A model generated the notes under the pieces. The model was given only the letters and a program-made list of their open reading frames with translations, was not told the origin of the DNA and did not search any database. Both the position numbers and the translations under genes were made by a program. From assembly GCF_006345805.1 (NCBI RefSeq), contig NC_043016.1, positions 26,474,001 through 26,538,000 of the forward strand: a stretch of 64,000 nt of DNA. The letters run 5' to 3'. Every line of letters starts with the position of its first letter. Position 1 is the first letter of the stretch. The DNA is from Octopus sinensis (Eukaryota). Shown here piece after piece: positions 62,041-64,000 of the stretch.

Positions 62041-64000
62041 TGTGTGTTGACAGACTAATGCAACGGAAACTGTGCGGAAGCCAGTCGTGTATGTGGATAT
62101 GTCCGTCTGTGTGTTTGTTCCGCACCGTTTTGGTAACGTGGGTCGATTTGTTTTCGCCATCCATAGCTTAGTAGTTTCGGTTAGTCTCATACAATAAGCA
62201 GCGGGGTTAACTTAAAACTAATGGGGCCGACTCGATCGAATGAATTTTACAAGTGTGATGCCTCAGTCCTACGATTGAAACAAATGAAAGGAAAAAAAAA
62301 AAAAAAGAAAAAAACAGGCATAGCTGTGTGGTAAGAAGCTTGCTTACCAACCACGTGGTTCCGGCTTCTGTCCCTCTGCGTGCACCTTGGGCAACCCCAA
62401 ACCAACCAAAGCTTTGAACTGAAAGAAACCTGTTGTATAATGCGCGTATATATATATATATATATATATAATCTGTGTTTGTTCCTCCATTATCACTTGA
62501 CAACCTACGCAACTTAGCGGTTCGGCAAAAAATAACGATAGAATTTAAGTACTGGGCTTAAAAAAGAAGTCCTGGGGTTGATTTGTTCGACTAAAATTTT
62601 AAAAAAACCCTTCAAGGAGGTGCTCCACTCAAATGGCTAAAACAATAATATGAATATGGGCGTGGTTGAGAAGCTCGCAGCATCTTGGGCAAGTGCTTTC
62701 AAGTACTATAACCCCGGGCTGACCAACAATGCCTTGCGAGTGAATTTAGTAGACAGAAACGGTGTGGAAGCCCGTCATCTATATACTTGTGTGTGAGTTT
62801 CTGTGTTTACCACTACTTGACAACCGATGTTTATTTCGAATCACAGACAATTACACCCCATAGGATAATTCCCCACCCTCCACCCTCGACGACAACTACT
62901 CCCTAGGACAATTATTCCCGTTGGTTAATTACCCCCTCTCTAATATTAAGAAGTTTTAAATCATCATCTGTTATCCATGGGATGGGGGTAAATGTTCTAG
63001 AGTCGGGTTTATTTGCTTTTTTTTTATATTCCCAAAATTTAGCGATTCGGTAAAAGTGACCAATAGAATAAGCACCAAACTTAAAGTAGTTTTGTGGAAT
63101 TGTTCGACTGAAACCTTTCAAGGTGGTGCCCCAGCATGGCTGCAGTCCAATGACTGAAATTAGTTAAACATAAAAGATATATATATATATATTAGTTAAT
63201 CATATTCATTTGTTATGCTTTTTCTTTTCGTTCTTAGTTCAAATCCCGCCATGGTCAAACTTCGCCTTGCATTTTTTGATATGTCGACTAATCCTTACTC
63301 TCAAAATTCTTGGCACTTGTCCCTAAATCAGAAACGATTATTATTATTTGTCAGAATCGTTAAGATCGCCCAAAGAAATATGCTGTATCGTTTCGGCCCT
63401 TTTCAAATCGTGCCGAAGTCAACTTTGCCTTTCATCTTTTTTTGTGGGGACCGGTAGATAAAGTATCAGTCATGTACTAGGCTGATGGTATTGACTACTC
63501 CCACCTCCTTCACCTCCAAATTGTTAGTCTTGTACCTAACTTAGAAATCATAATCATTATTATTTGTGGTGTTTTCTCGAATTACCACCCTTGGTGTTCT
63601 CATCCCAACTTTTGGAAATTATCTTTATGATTTGTGTTTTCATGGTTTTTGTTATAATTTTTATTGTTATTGTGTGTATTTTGTCTTTTGGTGTTGCCCT
63701 CAGTGCCTTGGGTCCTTGTGGTCAACGAAAGAAATCATCAATTGACAGAATCGTTGGCGCGTTTCTTTCTATTCCGAGTCGAAATTCCATCGAAGTCGAC
63801 TTTGCCTTTCAACCTTTCAGGGTCGATAAAATAAGGTACTAGTCAAGTAGTGGAGTAGATGTAATCGATTCACCCCACTCCGGCCTCTAAGATTGTTGGC
63901 CTTTTGCCAAAGTTTGAAACCATTATCATCATCATCGGCACGATACATTTAACTGAATCTTTGGATACGTTCCTTTCCACTTCCAGATCTCCTCTTTTGA

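Overview
This is AT-rich, repeat-dense eukaryotic DNA, most likely an octopus/cephalopod genome. That assignment is inferred from recognition of the SINE/RTE families and was not database-checked. The only confidently supported host gene is a minus-strand Orai (CRAC channel pore subunit) of 220 aa. It has two coding exons (23455-23300 and 1147-641) separated by a 22,152-bp GT-AG intron. Most of the rest is mobile DNA: at least three tRNA-derived SINE families; RTE, Tx1/L1-like, CRE-like and R4/Dong-like LINE fragments; Penelope-like fragments, one with a degenerate hammerhead motif; and hAT, TTAA-flanked and Tc1/mariner MITEs, several with intact TSDs. About 26.6-45.7 kb is dominated by a pyrimidine-rich ~30-42-bp tandem repeat with higher-order repeats, one inverted block and a ~1.2-kb tandem duplication. 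A CpG-rich promoter-like island and a possible first exon of an unidentified plus-strand gene lie at ~49.2-50.2 kb. I found no clearly new protein-coding system. The most unusual signals are the satellite domain and its rearrangements, two Penelope-associated fold-back hairpins that turn at putative hammerhead cleavage sites, a (TAA)n-embedded R4/Dong-like tandem insertion, and an Orai lacking the Cys195-equivalent. Most TE boundaries are approximate and were read by eye.
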